Shown: one piece after another, positions 50,001-62,476 of the stretch
How the letters are laid out: each line of letters opens with the position of its first letter
How positions within the stretch are numbered: the stretch's first letter is position 1
Assembly (NCBI GenBank): GCA_002633005.1
Contig: NMRA01000147.1
Coordinates: 496,001-560,000, forward strand
Source of the DNA: Phoronis australis
Taxonomy: Eukaryota > Animalia > Phoronida
Length of the DNA: 64,000 nt
Reading direction: 5' to 3'
Notes under the pieces: model-generated
Seen by the model: the letters and a program-made list of their open reading frames with translations, nothing else
Databases searched by the model: none
What the model was told of the DNA's origin: nothing
Made by a program: the position numbers and the translations under genes

Positions 50001-51354
50001 TCTTGTCGCAATTCGACGAAGGTGACTCGGTTCAATGATCGTCTTTTCACACAAAAACACCGTAATAAACCTTTGTAATGTACATCTTTAAAAAGCTAAC
50101 ATCCTACCGAAAAACGACTAAATCAGCGGGTCCTTCTCCGTGTCCCTTTGTGAGGAATGCAGTAAATCCGATAAGAACGAGCAGTTAACAAAATGCTAAC
50201 TGCACTCGACGCGCCCTGAGAAAGGTCTCACTGTTTGTTGATGACGAGCCCACTACGACACGGCAAACATTTGCCCTAAACTAATAGGTCATTAAATCAA
50301 GCCGTCAAATAGATAAGCCATTTTAGTCAAGGTGAATGCAACAGGATGTGCGTAAGCTCACTGATTTTATACAAAACCATTGTCCGGAACGAATACAATT
50401 GTGATGGGTGGAGCGCTGACGAAACACACATAGTTGAACCACACATAGATCTTGTTTTTTAATACAGGACACTGGGTATGGTTGTTTTGTGCATAATGCG
50501 GTATAATGTGTCTACTGGAACAGATTTTGTGGCGCAAAGTAATTGCTTGCCCGCTTGCTTTCAGTACTGAAATACATTGGTACATGATCGTGCAAATATG
50601 TTCGTTTAGGCTGAGTTTATTCCAATTTGCACCAAAACGATTTGTTTCACAAAGTAAAATGTTCCACCAATGGGTCTGTTGTTATCAGGCGTATGTTTAT
50701 ATTTAACAGTGAAACTGGTGTCCTAACAGAAACGACACTCTAGTTTGAGATTGTAAAGGGGAGTGTGAAAGATCACGAAAATACTCGAGAAACAATATGT
50801 GTCGAATGCTTTTTGTGTCGTTATCTTAGCATTGGAAAATTTTATTGAAAAATTTTTGAATTTGAAAATGTAATCAAACATGCATGAAATATCGCTCAAT
50901 TTGTTACCATCGCTTTTATTACGACTGCTTCAAAGCAGCTAAAACACATTTGTGTCTTCTAATGTCACTACCAGCCACACATTCGGTAGCTCTCGAACTT
51001 GATCACATTTGAATCATTGCATTCTTCCCATGTCGTGCTCTTCTTAGATCTTTGATATCTCTGTGAATTTGTCTTAAGACACTTAAAATTCCATATGTCT
51101 TGATACTACCGTGCAATAACCATAGTGTCATTGTACATGTACGGTCAGGTGACAATAAATATAAAAGTATGTGAAACTACACGTGTTTTGATAAGGGTGT
51201 TTATCGTAACGTAAGTAAGACAGAACCACTTTCTCCGGCAGTAATTTCAAAGTTGCGACCTGATCAACCATCGACGGTTTAAGCTGGATAAACTACATGA
51301 ATTGACGTCTACTATACATTTCAAAAACTAAAAACAAACGAAATACACTAGAGC

Positions 51355-51425
51355 CATGGGCGGCGCACCATCGAGGGCTGGGGGTCTGTAACCCCACTTT
51401 TTTCAGTGCTGTGCCGCCGCCAATG
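51355..51425. mobile_element. ~70-bp hairpin mini-MITE, CATGGGCGGCG family
   Basis: CATGGGCGGCGC ... GCCGCCGCCAATG; inverted relative to the copy at 56383. Confidence 0.65.
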
Positions 51426-52916
51426 AAAGGGCATTTGGTAATTAATATTGCTATCTCTCCTCACAATAAACATTGTTGTCACTCGGCCCTCGGTGTCACC
51501 TCCGTCTTCCTCAAAGTCGCCCGTTCACGTCAGCTTGTAAACAAAGAATGTGAAACTTTTCATTGTAAACTGCAGTGGTAACTACAGTAGCGTTATGTTT
51601 TCATTATTCTAAGATGTAAAATAACAGTAATAATATCCAATTAACTCAGTCAAAAACTTTTATTTATATGACACATTGTCGGTAAATCGACAACATTTGT
51701 CTGCCTCCGACCTGGGACCGAAGCCGAAACTAAGAACACATCAAGGTACATGTAGGTCAAATTAGCCATAGCGATATTACGAGTGGCAGTCGCTACTGAT
51801 ATGAATGAAACAGGGATAAATTGAAAATTGGTGACAATGAATAAAAATCCATAAAGTACACAAAAGCAGGGTAACTGGCGGTAAGAATACAATCTCAAAT
51901 GTCGTCTGCTCACCTGTCGTAAACTTTGATTTGGGGTTCAGGTTTGACCGACTCAAACGGGGAGAGCTGCATTTAGAGGAGACCTCACAGTCTCAAGTAG
52001 CAAGTCAGAGATATGGGGACCAAGTTGACGAAGGGGAAGTCAAAAAATTCATAGAATCGAAAAAATAAAAACACGAAGAAAAAACCGCGAGTAATGTCAG
52101 AACTTTTTGAAACCCGACTTTTCAGTGTCGTTGTATTCCTACGCGTATTGGCCAACGAGGAAGAACTTTAGACTCGGAAAAGAAATGCAGGTTAGATCTT
52201 AATAACGTCGTATAAATATGTTAAACAACGTGTAGTTTAACATATATGTACCATTTTGTTGCACTACATGTACACCAAGATATAATGATCTGGGTTATTT
52301 GTATTATTTCATATGATTTCCACATGGAATAAGTATTTTTGACCGAAGCGCTACATATCATTTCTTGATCGCAATTAACAAAGTAAACATGTCACACATC
52401 AGGCAGTACAGTACAGTAGGTGGCATGCTAGTGCATTGTGGGGAAATTTAATTATGGAATTAATTTTCTGAAATTACGAAGTCTACGACGTTAGGTGTCA
52501 TTTCCGTTAATATTTGGTTGAAGGGACCACGTTCATAGTTGGACAATTTTTGAATGAACGACATCATTATATACAGGCCTACAAGCATACCGTCATAAAT
52601 GTACGCATATCTCCATAGATATTCTCATTGATGCTCTTTCTTTATCTACACCACCTCTGGTGAGTAATCCCATTGTCACGAGTTTCGATAACTTATCACT
52701 ATCCGGTTGTTTTCGTAATAAGTGAATCACCATTCGAAAAATCATGTAATACACCCGTGAAACTCATGGATTAATCAACACACATTTTATCTGGCTATCT
52801 CTATTCGTAAACCTGACTGGCATGAACGAGAACCTGCGGCTCGAGAATTCATAGCATGCGTTGAAACCCCGTCTTTTCATGAAAGTGCGCGTGTATTGGT
52901 TACTAATTTGGGTGTA

Positions 52917-53394
52917 ATGGAGCACCCTGTTATCGACCAGGGTCCGACAGTTGCAGCTCCACTAGTTATTAACAGAGTTACTGTTGTACTCAACATAACC
53001 AGTTGCGTGTTGTCTATTCTCGGAGCCGCGGCCATATTTGTGCTGTACTTCACCTATCCGGACATCAGAACACCCAGCAAGACCTTCCTCATATTCCTGA
53101 CAATTGCAGATTTAATCACGGCAGCTGGTAACCTAGTTGGAATATGTCGCTACATTGTCGAATCGGGAGAGACTCCATTTGAGGTTATTTGCACCGTGGA
53201 TGGTCACAATCCTCTCCTACATGAAGAAGTTGTTTGTGTAGTTCAGAGTTTCGTCACAGTATTCTCAAATCTTGCATCCTTCTTCTGGACAACGGCCATC
53301 TCCTTCTTACTTTTGCTTCCAATAGCAAGAAGAGGTTTGGTGTTAGGAACACGCTTCAAGGTTTTGTGTCATGTCGTTTGTTGGACCATACCAG
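52917..53394 (+). CDS. GPR157: GPR157-like 7TM receptor, paralogue B, exon 1 of 3
   Basis: ATG at 52917; SCVLSILG, FLIFLTIAD, VCVVQSF, SFFWTTAIS, HVVCWTIP; phase-1 donor G|GTGACC at the same protein position as in paralogue A. The CDS of 478+197+393 nt gives 355 aa. Confidence 0.9.
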
Positions 53395-53496
53395 GTGACC
53401 ATATTGAAGTTAATTACATTCACCTAGCAGTCTTTGAGCTGCTACGAAACTGTCTTCTGCCCAAAAAGCTAGCTTTTGATTTTGGCTACTCACCGT

Positions 53497-53699
53497 CAGT
53501 AGCGTGCGGAGGTTTGGTGACGCCCGAGGAGATTTTTTATTGAATGCGCCTCTCTATTCAAGTGCACCCTAGTGCCATGAAAATTAAGAAATTAAACATC
53601 ATTCACAATTTCAAAAGGTTTATTTATTGATCGGATGCCCCCCATGTGGATGCCCGGGGCTCCGCCCCGCCCCCTCCCCCCCCCTTCTGCACGCTACTG
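53497..53699. mobile_element. hAT-type MITE with 8-bp TSD
   Basis: TIR CAGTAGCGTGC / GCACGCTACTG; TSD CTCACCGT at 53489-53496 and 53700-53707. Confidence 0.85.
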
Positions 53700-55486
53700 C
53701 TCACCGTAACTGACATCAACTTTACTAAACACTAAGAATAGGCAGTTTCAAATAATTACTACTTCAATGAGTGCTTGGCGGGTAAAAAGTTGCGTCAAAT
53801 CATCGCATTGAATCTTACCTTGAGCGTAACGAACTTTCAATTATTTCCGAGCCCAAAAACCACTTGTAATTTCAATAAGGAACAATCTGAGGACACGTTT
53901 TTGTAGACTGTGAATTCGGGACAGCTTTAACAGAATGTGTCCGTTTCAAGTTTCCTACTTTTTTGCAACTAATGAAAACATAACCGGCCGTCGGTTATGG
54001 GCCATCTTTGGATGGTTGACCCGAGTTGAGACCTGGGTTCCCAGACTGGTGCTGAAAGATTATTTGGCGCTAAAAGCGAGATTTTTATTTAGACCATTCA
54101 CAGTCAAGGAATTCATCTCAAAATTTTCCTAATTCACTAATTTTAAAGCTTCGAAAGAACTGGCAGTTCATTACTCGAAACTTGGCTTTCTACAAGTTAT
54201 TTTATGCACCGAGCAGGGTCTCGAGGCATATCGAACTCAAAGTTCTTTGCTAATCCAGAGAACTTTTCTCGTTTGAGTAAGTAACAAGTTGAGACCAATT
54301 TTAAAGTGGCAAGTGTTCTAAATCAAAAGGTCGCTTCCAGGACGTCACGTGAGTTATAGTCCGCTTTGTTATGAAAAAGCTCATGTCGGTTTGAGAAAAA
54401 CGAGGGAATCCGTGGAGTGAAATAAATGTTCCCTTTAGTAGGCTATTATTGACGCAGTGCGACCTTGCAAGTTTAAAAGGATTTCATAAATGACCAATTC
54501 AAGCACAACTGTAAGGCTACATTCAAAATTTGTGGCCGATTTGTTCAACGAACACGGTCTCCATACTCTAACTGGAACACCAAGTTTTGTTTTATTTTAA
54601 TGCGAATTCAGGATAGTCGTGTTTGATTTTGTGTCCGAGTACCACAAATTCATAGACACAGCCCAAGTTCGCATTTTATGACCATTGGAATCAAAGGTAA
54701 ACAACAAAATCCATTAGGCGCTGCCTCGCATTTCCCAACGGGCAACTATGAATGCTTCTTACAGGTTGGGACCATAACAGGCACTTACCACATGACCAGG
54801 ATTTTTGTGACTGTCTTGTATTTTTTTGGGTCAGGAAACAGAAATAGGGTGTCAGTGTTATCGCTGTTTCTTCGTTGCAACATCTTTTCCCGACCGTTTT
54901 AGAAACTATAGACTTTAAAAACTAAAGCCGACATTGAAAATTGAACATTTTCACTATTTGATCGTCAAAAATCGGTTTACTACAGCAAATTGAAATAGAA
55001 ATACATCGCATTGCAACTGTTGTTCTTTCATTGATATCTCCCGACCTGTATAGCGTAACGTGCTTATCAGAGGTTGCTATGAAACTAAGAACGGAGAACG
55101 CGTCATGACAAACGCGAAAATGTTGCTTCAAAACCGGGCTTATCAAGCGCGAATTAGGATTACAAGCTCATAGATATGAGTACTCGAAGTTTTAGTCAGG
55201 TTTTATGAATTCTTCTGTTTCCGGCATACCGGCGGCATTAAACGCAGCTCAGAAAATATTAAAGCAAACAAAAATCAGCCTACCACCCCAAACACTAGAT
55301 TTAAACCACTTAACTGAAATTGGTCTCAAATTATTCCTTTGGTGGGGAATTCGGGGCTACAAAAGAACTAACAGTTCGTTATTGCTCGCGACCAAAGTCT
55401 GCAGGCTGGACGGTCACGGCGAGTAATCTTATATGTGCCTATTGTAGTTTCAATCAAGGTATAACGAACTACCAGTTCTTTGTAAA

Positions 55487-55635
55487 CCCAGCCTCCCGTT
55501 CAGTAACGCTAGAATTTCGCTAGACTTCGCGAGATTACGTGAGATACTGCCGTGTATTTCAAACGAGAACATGTGACTCTGGCTAGATTTTAACTAGGTC
55601 CTAGCCTAGGTCCTAGAGTTACTGAACGCACGCCA
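55487..55635. mobile_element. Solo module of the CCTAGCGTTACTGAA MITE family
   Basis: Homologous to 7350-7495; ends GCACGCCA. Confidence 0.7.
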
Positions 55636-55980
55636 TGAATCATTCCTCACCTGAGCAAGGAACAACTTGAGGCCAGTTTCATAACAGCGACTGGTCTAAA
55701 GCAAAATGTCGCTTCAGTGGGAGGAGCCCGGATTTACAGCCACTTAAAATAGAAAATGAGCTAGAGGAGTTCGAGTTCAGAAAATGGCTACGGAATCATG
55801 ATGTACGTTGTACATCACTTGTTTTATGTCCAACGCTTTATTCGAATGTGTAAAGTTGTGTTATACATTAATTCGAATTATATATGGCTTGGCTAACTAG
55901 TGAATGTGTGTCCACATTTATTCCCAGCTTCTGATTGGCAGCTGCGTGTTAATAACGTTGAGTATCATAACGTTTCACAG

Positions 55981-56177
55981 GTGTAATTGCTGTGACGGCT
56001 GTTTCTCTCCAAAAACTTGGAAATGACAATTACGCTACTAGCAGCGGTTGGTGTTGGATAGATCGTTGTGTATTGGACAAGCTGTTTTGGATGCTATTCA
56101 CAGGCAAAGGCTGGGAGCTGGCCGTGTATTTGATTATAGGAGTCAATTATATACTGTTGAAGTGTTTCATTGTTCAG
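55981..56177 (+). CDS. GPR157: GPR157-like paralogue B, exon 2
   Basis: Acceptor TTTCACAG; GWCWID and GKGWELAVY motifs; phase-0 donor CAG|GTAAGC. Confidence 0.9.
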
Positions 56178-56382
56178 GTAAGCATTTTTGTAAGCACGAT
56201 AGACATAGGAATAACTTAGTAAAACATATCGTCGGCGGAGACCACTTAGTGCTGGACCGAGATCTGAAGAACAGTCCCGTCAAATTAAAGTTTGTACACT
56301 AATGTGAGCCAGGAAGAAATGCTTCGTGTCAGCTTTTTGAGGTAGTTTTCGACATTTTCTGAGAAAACTCAATTCGACATTT

Positions 56383-56452
56383 CATGGGCGGCGGAGCACT
56401 GAAATAAGTGGGGGCTATAACCCCGCCCCTGCCCCTATGGTGCGCCGCCATG
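56383..56452. mobile_element. ~70-bp hairpin mini-MITE, CATGGGCGGCG family
   Basis: CATGGGCGGCG ... CGCCGCCATG. Confidence 0.65.
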
Positions 56453-56648
56453 CAGTTTAGACAAGCTTTAGCTTCATGTAAAACAACATTTTCGTTAATA
56501 ACTCATGAATATCTCTCTGCAACTTACTCACTCTGTAACGTGCACGAACCAAGTTTATGATGTCTAATTTCTAAATGTTCATTTTTAAGTTTTCACAGTT
56601 TTCTGAAGGACGCGTGATCGACTAATAGTACCGTTTTCTGTGTTACAG

Positions 56649-57041
56649 TACGAGTCTAGAATGTCTAGATTACCAGTCTGGGAGCGTTACGCAAGCGAGA
56701 GAATCAACGAACGAGCTCTCCGCGCGGAGGATAAAAATTTCATCTACGTTCCGCTCATACTTTATGCACTGCGTATATGGGGAACCATTCGATTCTTCAT
56801 AGATCGTGTAGACGGTGACTTAAATAACAAATCTGGTTTACTGACGATGCAAGGAATCGGTGATAGCCTGCAAGCATTCGTTAACTTTATTGTATTCTTC
56901 GCCTGCGACGCCTCCGTTCGCAGTATCATCATCATGGACATCGGAAGCAGGCGATGGCAACGGCAAAGAGATGAGACAAGGCGCCGTGATGCGGTGTCGC
57001 ATATGTTCACGAGTGAAAGTTATTCTTATTCGGAAAACTGA
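56649..57041 (+). CDS. GPR157: GPR157-like paralogue B, exon 3 (equivalent to exons 3+4 of paralogue A)
   Basis: Acceptor TGTTACAG; DKNFIYVP, LRIWGTIRF and QGIGDSLQAFVNFIVF; TGA at 57039-57041. Confidence 0.9.
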   Translation, partial: YESRMSRLPVWERYASERINERALRAEDKNFIYVPLILYALRIWGTIRFFIDRVDGDLNNKSGLLTMQGIGDSLQAFVNFIVFFACDASVRSIIIMDIGSRRWQRQRDETRRRDAVSHMFTSESYSYSEN

Positions 57042-58095
57042 TCTTTTCTTACCGCTCATATCTAAAACGCAGTTTATAAACCAGTTTACTGAACCACGCT
57101 CTACATTTCTCTAAACTTTTCTTGCCATATCAGGAAGTGAGCTGCATTTCGAAAAGTATCAGTAAGTGAACAGCGTCAACATCATTGGTTTCGATAGTGG
57201 TAGCCATCTCTGTCAAACCTGGGTATGTCAATCGCTGGTGGTCTTCTCAAGTCCGATTTTGAGAGTACGCTGTAGTTTGTCAGAGTCAATTAGTCTGTTT
57301 GATGACTTTCAAGTTTATGCAGTAAGAAGAACACATGTCAAATACGGTGAGATGCAAGTACTATAAAATTCGCCTACTGACAACAGTCGCCAAATTTCAA
57401 AGTTAAAGCTATTTTTTTCCTGACAGAGACAAAAACAAAGTGAAACTTAGCTCGCCTTTTTAGACGGTTAAAACAATGCAGAATGTCCCAACATAATCAG
57501 TCTGACTGGTTGTGTAACCGGGCTGCGCGCAATATAGCTTTCAATATTTTTTGCGTTTTCTCTTGTTAAGTTCGAACTCGCGGCAAACTTTCAAAACTGA
57601 AAAGAATTGCACTGGTTTATATTATCGCTTATTATTACAAAAAAACAACAACAACAACAACAACTGTAGAATGTAGAATAGATGTATTCTATCTTGTAGA
57701 ACAGTAGGTTATTTGTAAAGCAGTTCGATACTTTCGTTCGCCTACACGCGGAGAACACAGTCATCAAATTGTTTTCAGAAGTCAAATCGAGACACAGAGC
57801 TCAGGGTTAGCCACTGCAAAAATTTTAAAAAATTCCATTTTATATGGTTCACACATTTGTGACACCGTTAAAGTGCCAGGCAGCGCCATCTTTAGAAAGC
57901 AGTGGATGGAACACTTTGTTAGTCATGAACTAAATGGTATTCATTGACGGCATCAACTTGAAGATACACCGCACGCAAACTTGATATATTTCAGGTTGAG
58001 TTAAGATTTTATTGACCTAATCATATCGCTGCTAATTGTTAAACATTTTGTGGATAAAAACATGAATGATTATCGGCTAATATTTTAGTAGTTAA

Positions 58096-59435
58096 AGGCG
58101 AAGGCAACCTTTTTTCATGTGACTTTTAGCAAAAATAAGGTTCTTTGATTATCCCAGACACATTTTTCACTTAATTACAGCTTTTCGTAATTTGATTAAT
58201 TTCTCGTCCTCTACTCCGGAAGTGACGTTTTGGGAGGCAAGAGTTTCGCGCCAATTTCATTTCATTATAGTCTGACTATGAGAGCTGTCGAGTCAGTCAT
58301 TGTTCAACATCGGTTGTGATAAATTTGGTCGTCGTTTGCTTTTGCTTACAAGTCAGTCAACATGCCACGCTGTTGCTGCGTGCCGGAATGTATTCATTAT
58401 CGTCTCACACGCGCTTTGGGTACCTTGCGTCGCTTTGCGAATGATGACACACTTCGCCACACTTGGCTAGCTCGTTCATGTGAAGAACGCAGCGCTACCC
58501 GTCCACGCAACGTACAAAGCAGTGGAGGGTTACCGAGGAAGGCAAGCATTTTCTGCCGTCAGATTACGACAGAGATATGTACGCTGAATTGATGAAGGTC
58601 CCTTCGAAACAACGCCTGAAGAAAGGTACCATACCGTCGCTGTTGATTCCCGGCAGTGCCCCGTCGCCAACCTCGAGAAGTGCGTTTTTGAAGCGAGAAG
58701 CCTCGAGAGCTGTGGCCTCTATATACAGTGGCTGGAAGCACTTCATCTACGGTCACCCGTGCCTCCGAACGTACCCTATTGCGTGCAATTCCGGGAACTA
58801 GCAGCTAGTGATTCGCCCTGTGCTGTTGTCTCTAGCCCAGAGCCTGTAAGCAGCCCTGCAGCGATGTTGAGTAGTGGGAGTGAATACAGGCCCAGTTCGA
58901 CACCCAGTGAAGAGGACAGTTCGTCATCCAATGAACATATCGTGAGCCTTAGTTTTATAAGTTTATCGTGGACTTGTATTGGAGCTATTTAGAAGGTGCC
59001 AGGTGTGTGACGAGGGAGTCACACGGCGGGATGTAAGCAGTTTGGGTGGTCAGATCACCCTCCAGTTGGAGTGTGTCGCGGGACACTCGGGCAAGTGGGA
59101 CAGTTCTTCCTCTGTACGTGAGACGATAATGAGTACACCCCAGTACGCAGCAACAGCGTGGCATGTTGATTGACTCGTAAGCAAAAGCAAACGACGACCG
59201 AACTTATCACAACCGAGGTAGAACAATGACTGACTCGACTGCTCTCACAGTCAGACTACATGTATATGAAAAGAAATTGGCGCGAAATTCTTGCCTCCCA
59301 AAACGTCACTTCCGGAGTAGACGACGAGTAATTAATTAAATTACGAAAAGCAGTAAATAAGTGAAAAAAATGTGTGGGATAATCAACGAACCTTATTTTT
59401 GCTAAAAATGACATGAAAAAAGGTTGCCTTCGCCT
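58096..59435 (+). mobile_element. Kolobok-type deletion derivative with THAP and zinc-finger relics and ~315-bp inverted ends
   Basis: Perfect TTAA TSD (58092-58095, 59436-59439) and AGG...CCT termini. THAP relic MPRCCCVPEC..RF..W..KHF..RLKKGTIPSL, then LFRRCQVC..ECVAGHSGKWDS. Confidence 0.85.
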
Positions 59436-59483
59436 TTAAAGTATGTATAAGTTGACCAGTTGTTTAAGAAAGCCATAAGTATC

Positions 59484-59680
59484 TCAAACGTTGTACTGCT
59501 TCAGACGTTGTACCACTTCAGACGTCGTCTAGTACAGCCTGTGGCGTCGTATCGCCTCTGACGTTGTACCGCCTCATACGTTGTACCGCCTGAGACGTAG
59601 TACACCCTCCGACGATACCGCCTCACACATCGTACCGCCTCAGACGTTGTATCGCCTCAGACGTTGTACCGCCTCAGACA
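59484..59680. repeat. 17-bp minisatellite, consensus CAGACGTTGTACCGCCT, about 11 copies
   Basis: Seen directly in the sequence. Confidence 0.9.
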
Positions 59681-62356
59681 TAATGGAGACTTCCGATGTG
59701 TGTTTTAGAGCAAAACATCGTAGACTCTGTGTAAAAGATGTGGTGCATATATGACACTTAAGTGAAAACATATCATGGGCAGAAGTCTATGGTGTCTCAA
59801 GCTTATATTTTTCACAACAGGTTGCTATACTTACAAACTTAGCGCAGGAATAATTGAAAGGTGGATTTAGAATTTCTAGCCGTTTCCACAATAAGGATGC
59901 CAGGCAGTGAATTCAAGTAACAGCTTCCAGACTACAGGTTTGGTTTCAAAATAAATGTTGTAGACACGCTCAACTACAGAGCTAGAGAGACGTTACACCG
60001 ATTTATATCATCCACGATTCTAAACAGTGCCAAAACATTGAGCAAATGACCATTCAAAACACAAATACAAAACTGTTAGTTTCTTTCTGTTGCTCACAGA
60101 AACAGTATAGACTGGCAAACATCATTTTTAGCAGAAACCTTTGTTCACGAATATTCAGTAAATTGAGCACCATGAAATCCACAAAAATCATCAATGCATA
60201 TTTACAGTCGTTAAGTTAGGTCTGCACAATGATTACCGCCACTCAAAAAACCTTATTCACAAGTAATGTTTTCCGTGCTCGCACCCAGCCTTCAAAATGG
60301 GGGGCTCGAATTCCTGACGTTATGGACCTTTTGCTAACAAAAGAGCGGGCGGACTAAAAAAAAAAAGGAGCACCACTGTGAATTGCGCGTTTGCGCTTAT
60401 TTACTGGACTTTTGTCCCATTTCCTCGGACATTTTGTCTCTCGGGGCGGACCCTTTTGCCCACTTCACCAAATGGGGGGGGGGCTCGTTTGATTTAAAAA
60501 TCGCCAGTTAATTCGTCCATGATATCCTGAAAACAACCAGGGGCTGAACTAATCCCAAATGGCAATCTCTTTTAGAAGACCTTTACGATGTGTGGATAGT
60601 GCCAGACGTCTCTGACTATCCGAAGTTAATTTAATCTGATCATACGCATCAACCAAATCAATTTTCGTGAAATAAAAGCCGCCAATGAGCTTTTGCATAA
60701 GATCTTCAGGCAGGGGTAGCGGATGACAATGAGTTTCAAGCTGAGGATTTATCGTTACTGAGTAATCTCCGCATACTCTTAATTTCTGTTTACTTTGGTC
60801 AGGAAGCGGTGCCTTTCTTATGGGGACAACTGGTGTTCCATACTCGTTGAATTGTGTAGGTTCCCAAATTCCACGTTTAATACCAGCATCTTATGCCAGA
60901 TTCAAGTCATCCAGTAATGCAAAAGGTACTGTGCGAGGTTTGCAAAATATTGGTTGGACATCAGGCTTGAATTTTACGTCTAATTCGAAACCTTTTAAAT
61001 ATCCCAGTTCAGGTTTGATTAGGTCTGGAAATTCATCGCAGATGATTTTGCACGCTTGCTGAAACTCTACATCACTTTTCTTGTCCTCATGACAAACAAC
61101 ACTAACTTTGTCATTTTGGTTGTCATCACGCAAAATGGAATTCCTACAGAGTGCAGTGACATCAATCTTTAGTTGTCGAACTGCCGTTCGGCTAACAATA
61201 TTCAAATCGTGTTTGCTTACTACTAATTCAATGTTTGCTGTATGCTGCGAATCGGACTGTAATGTTGCGTTTGTACTGAAAATTCCCAAAACTGGTAATG
61301 GTTTTTCATTTGCCGCGAAATACTGACTGTGTGATGGAGATAAAACAGGTTTTCCAGGTGTAAACCAAACCTTGGCCGCATATGTGAACAACAATCTGAA
61401 TCAGATCTCGATCCGAAATGTGATTAACTTTCTGTTCTGGCCTTGCTAAAATACTGCTTACTTTATCCCTAGCCTTTCTTTTGCTTAGACATACAGCCTC
61501 TATATGACCTTTCTTGTGACAGAAACGGCATTCAGTCTCTTTAAAACGACAATCCATTGCCGCGTTATCTTTTTTTCCACAACGGGGACATGTTCCCTTT
61601 GGAAAATCCCTAAACTTCTGTGCTTTTCCCTTCCTGCTTTCTTTCCTCCTTTTCTTTTATAACTTAAGCACTGGATCTCCGTAAACCGTTTCTTTTGCAA
61701 CTTTGGACGCCTCTTCAATTTCTGTTGCTATTTCTATGGCTTTCTTAAAAGATAATTCATCATCTTTTATTTTGAAAAGGGCTCTTAAGACCGCCTCATT
61801 ATTAATTGAACAAATAAACGTAGTTCTCATAGCTTCATCCTGAGGATCCTTTATTGTTGGAAGATCGCATTTTGCACTGTCTTGTCGAATACGAGCTGCT
61901 AGCTCCTGTATTGACTCACCTGGCTGTCTTCTTGTGTTAGACCAAAATTTGAATCGCTCCCGGACTACAAAATACTTCGAATCGAATTGATTCTCCATAA
62001 ATGTTGTAATTTCATTGATTGTCAGTTGATTGATATCCTTGGAAGGTGTCTGCTGCTCTGCCAAAGTTGCAAGCAACTTATAAACTGTAGACGTCTGATT
62101 CGTCAAGAAAGTGTGTGCCAAAAAGTTTTTCTATAGGTATGGAATGTGCCCCTGCAAATGTTTGGAATCTGGACCAATAATCCTTCCAGAGTTCCACTGA
62201 ACTGTCGAACGCACCAAAAGTTGGCGTAGATGTCGTTGGTTGGTGCATCAGCTTACTATTGACCATCTCAACAAAACACTGATGATTCTCTTGCTGTTGG
62301 TTGATTTGTTGTTGTAATAACGAAATAATGCCAGCCAACTCACCCATCTTTTTTAT

Positions 62357-62374
62357 ATCCTGCCAACAACGCCA
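62357..62374 (-). other. Primer binding site complementary to the tRNA-Ser 3' end
   Basis: TGGCGTTGTTGGCAGGAT versus TGGCGTAGTCGGCAGGAT expected for metazoan tRNA-Ser (16/18, reference recalled from memory); lies just inside the LTR. Confidence 0.75.
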
Positions 62375-62452
62375 GAATACGTTATGTTTTTGTAATAAAA
62401 AGAAGCAGAAACGTATAAAAGAAATGTAAAATATATTGACAGGAATTAAGAA

Positions 62453-62476
62453 TGACGTCACAAAAGGATGACGTCA
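62453..62476. promoter_or_regulatory. Two perfect CRE palindromes (TGACGTCA) in the LTR
   Basis: TGACGTCA at 62453-62460 and 62469-62476. Confidence 0.5.

Noticed and set aside
4931-57041. Operon-like signalling or biosynthetic cluster (three GPCRs, sulfotransferase, surface protein)
   Set aside because: Mixed strands, long TE-filled spacers and no shared regulatory signature; adjacency alone is not evidence of a system.
58362-59173. Host THAP-domain gene
   Set aside because: Frameshifted and enclosed by TIRs with a TTAA TSD, so it is a transposon relic.
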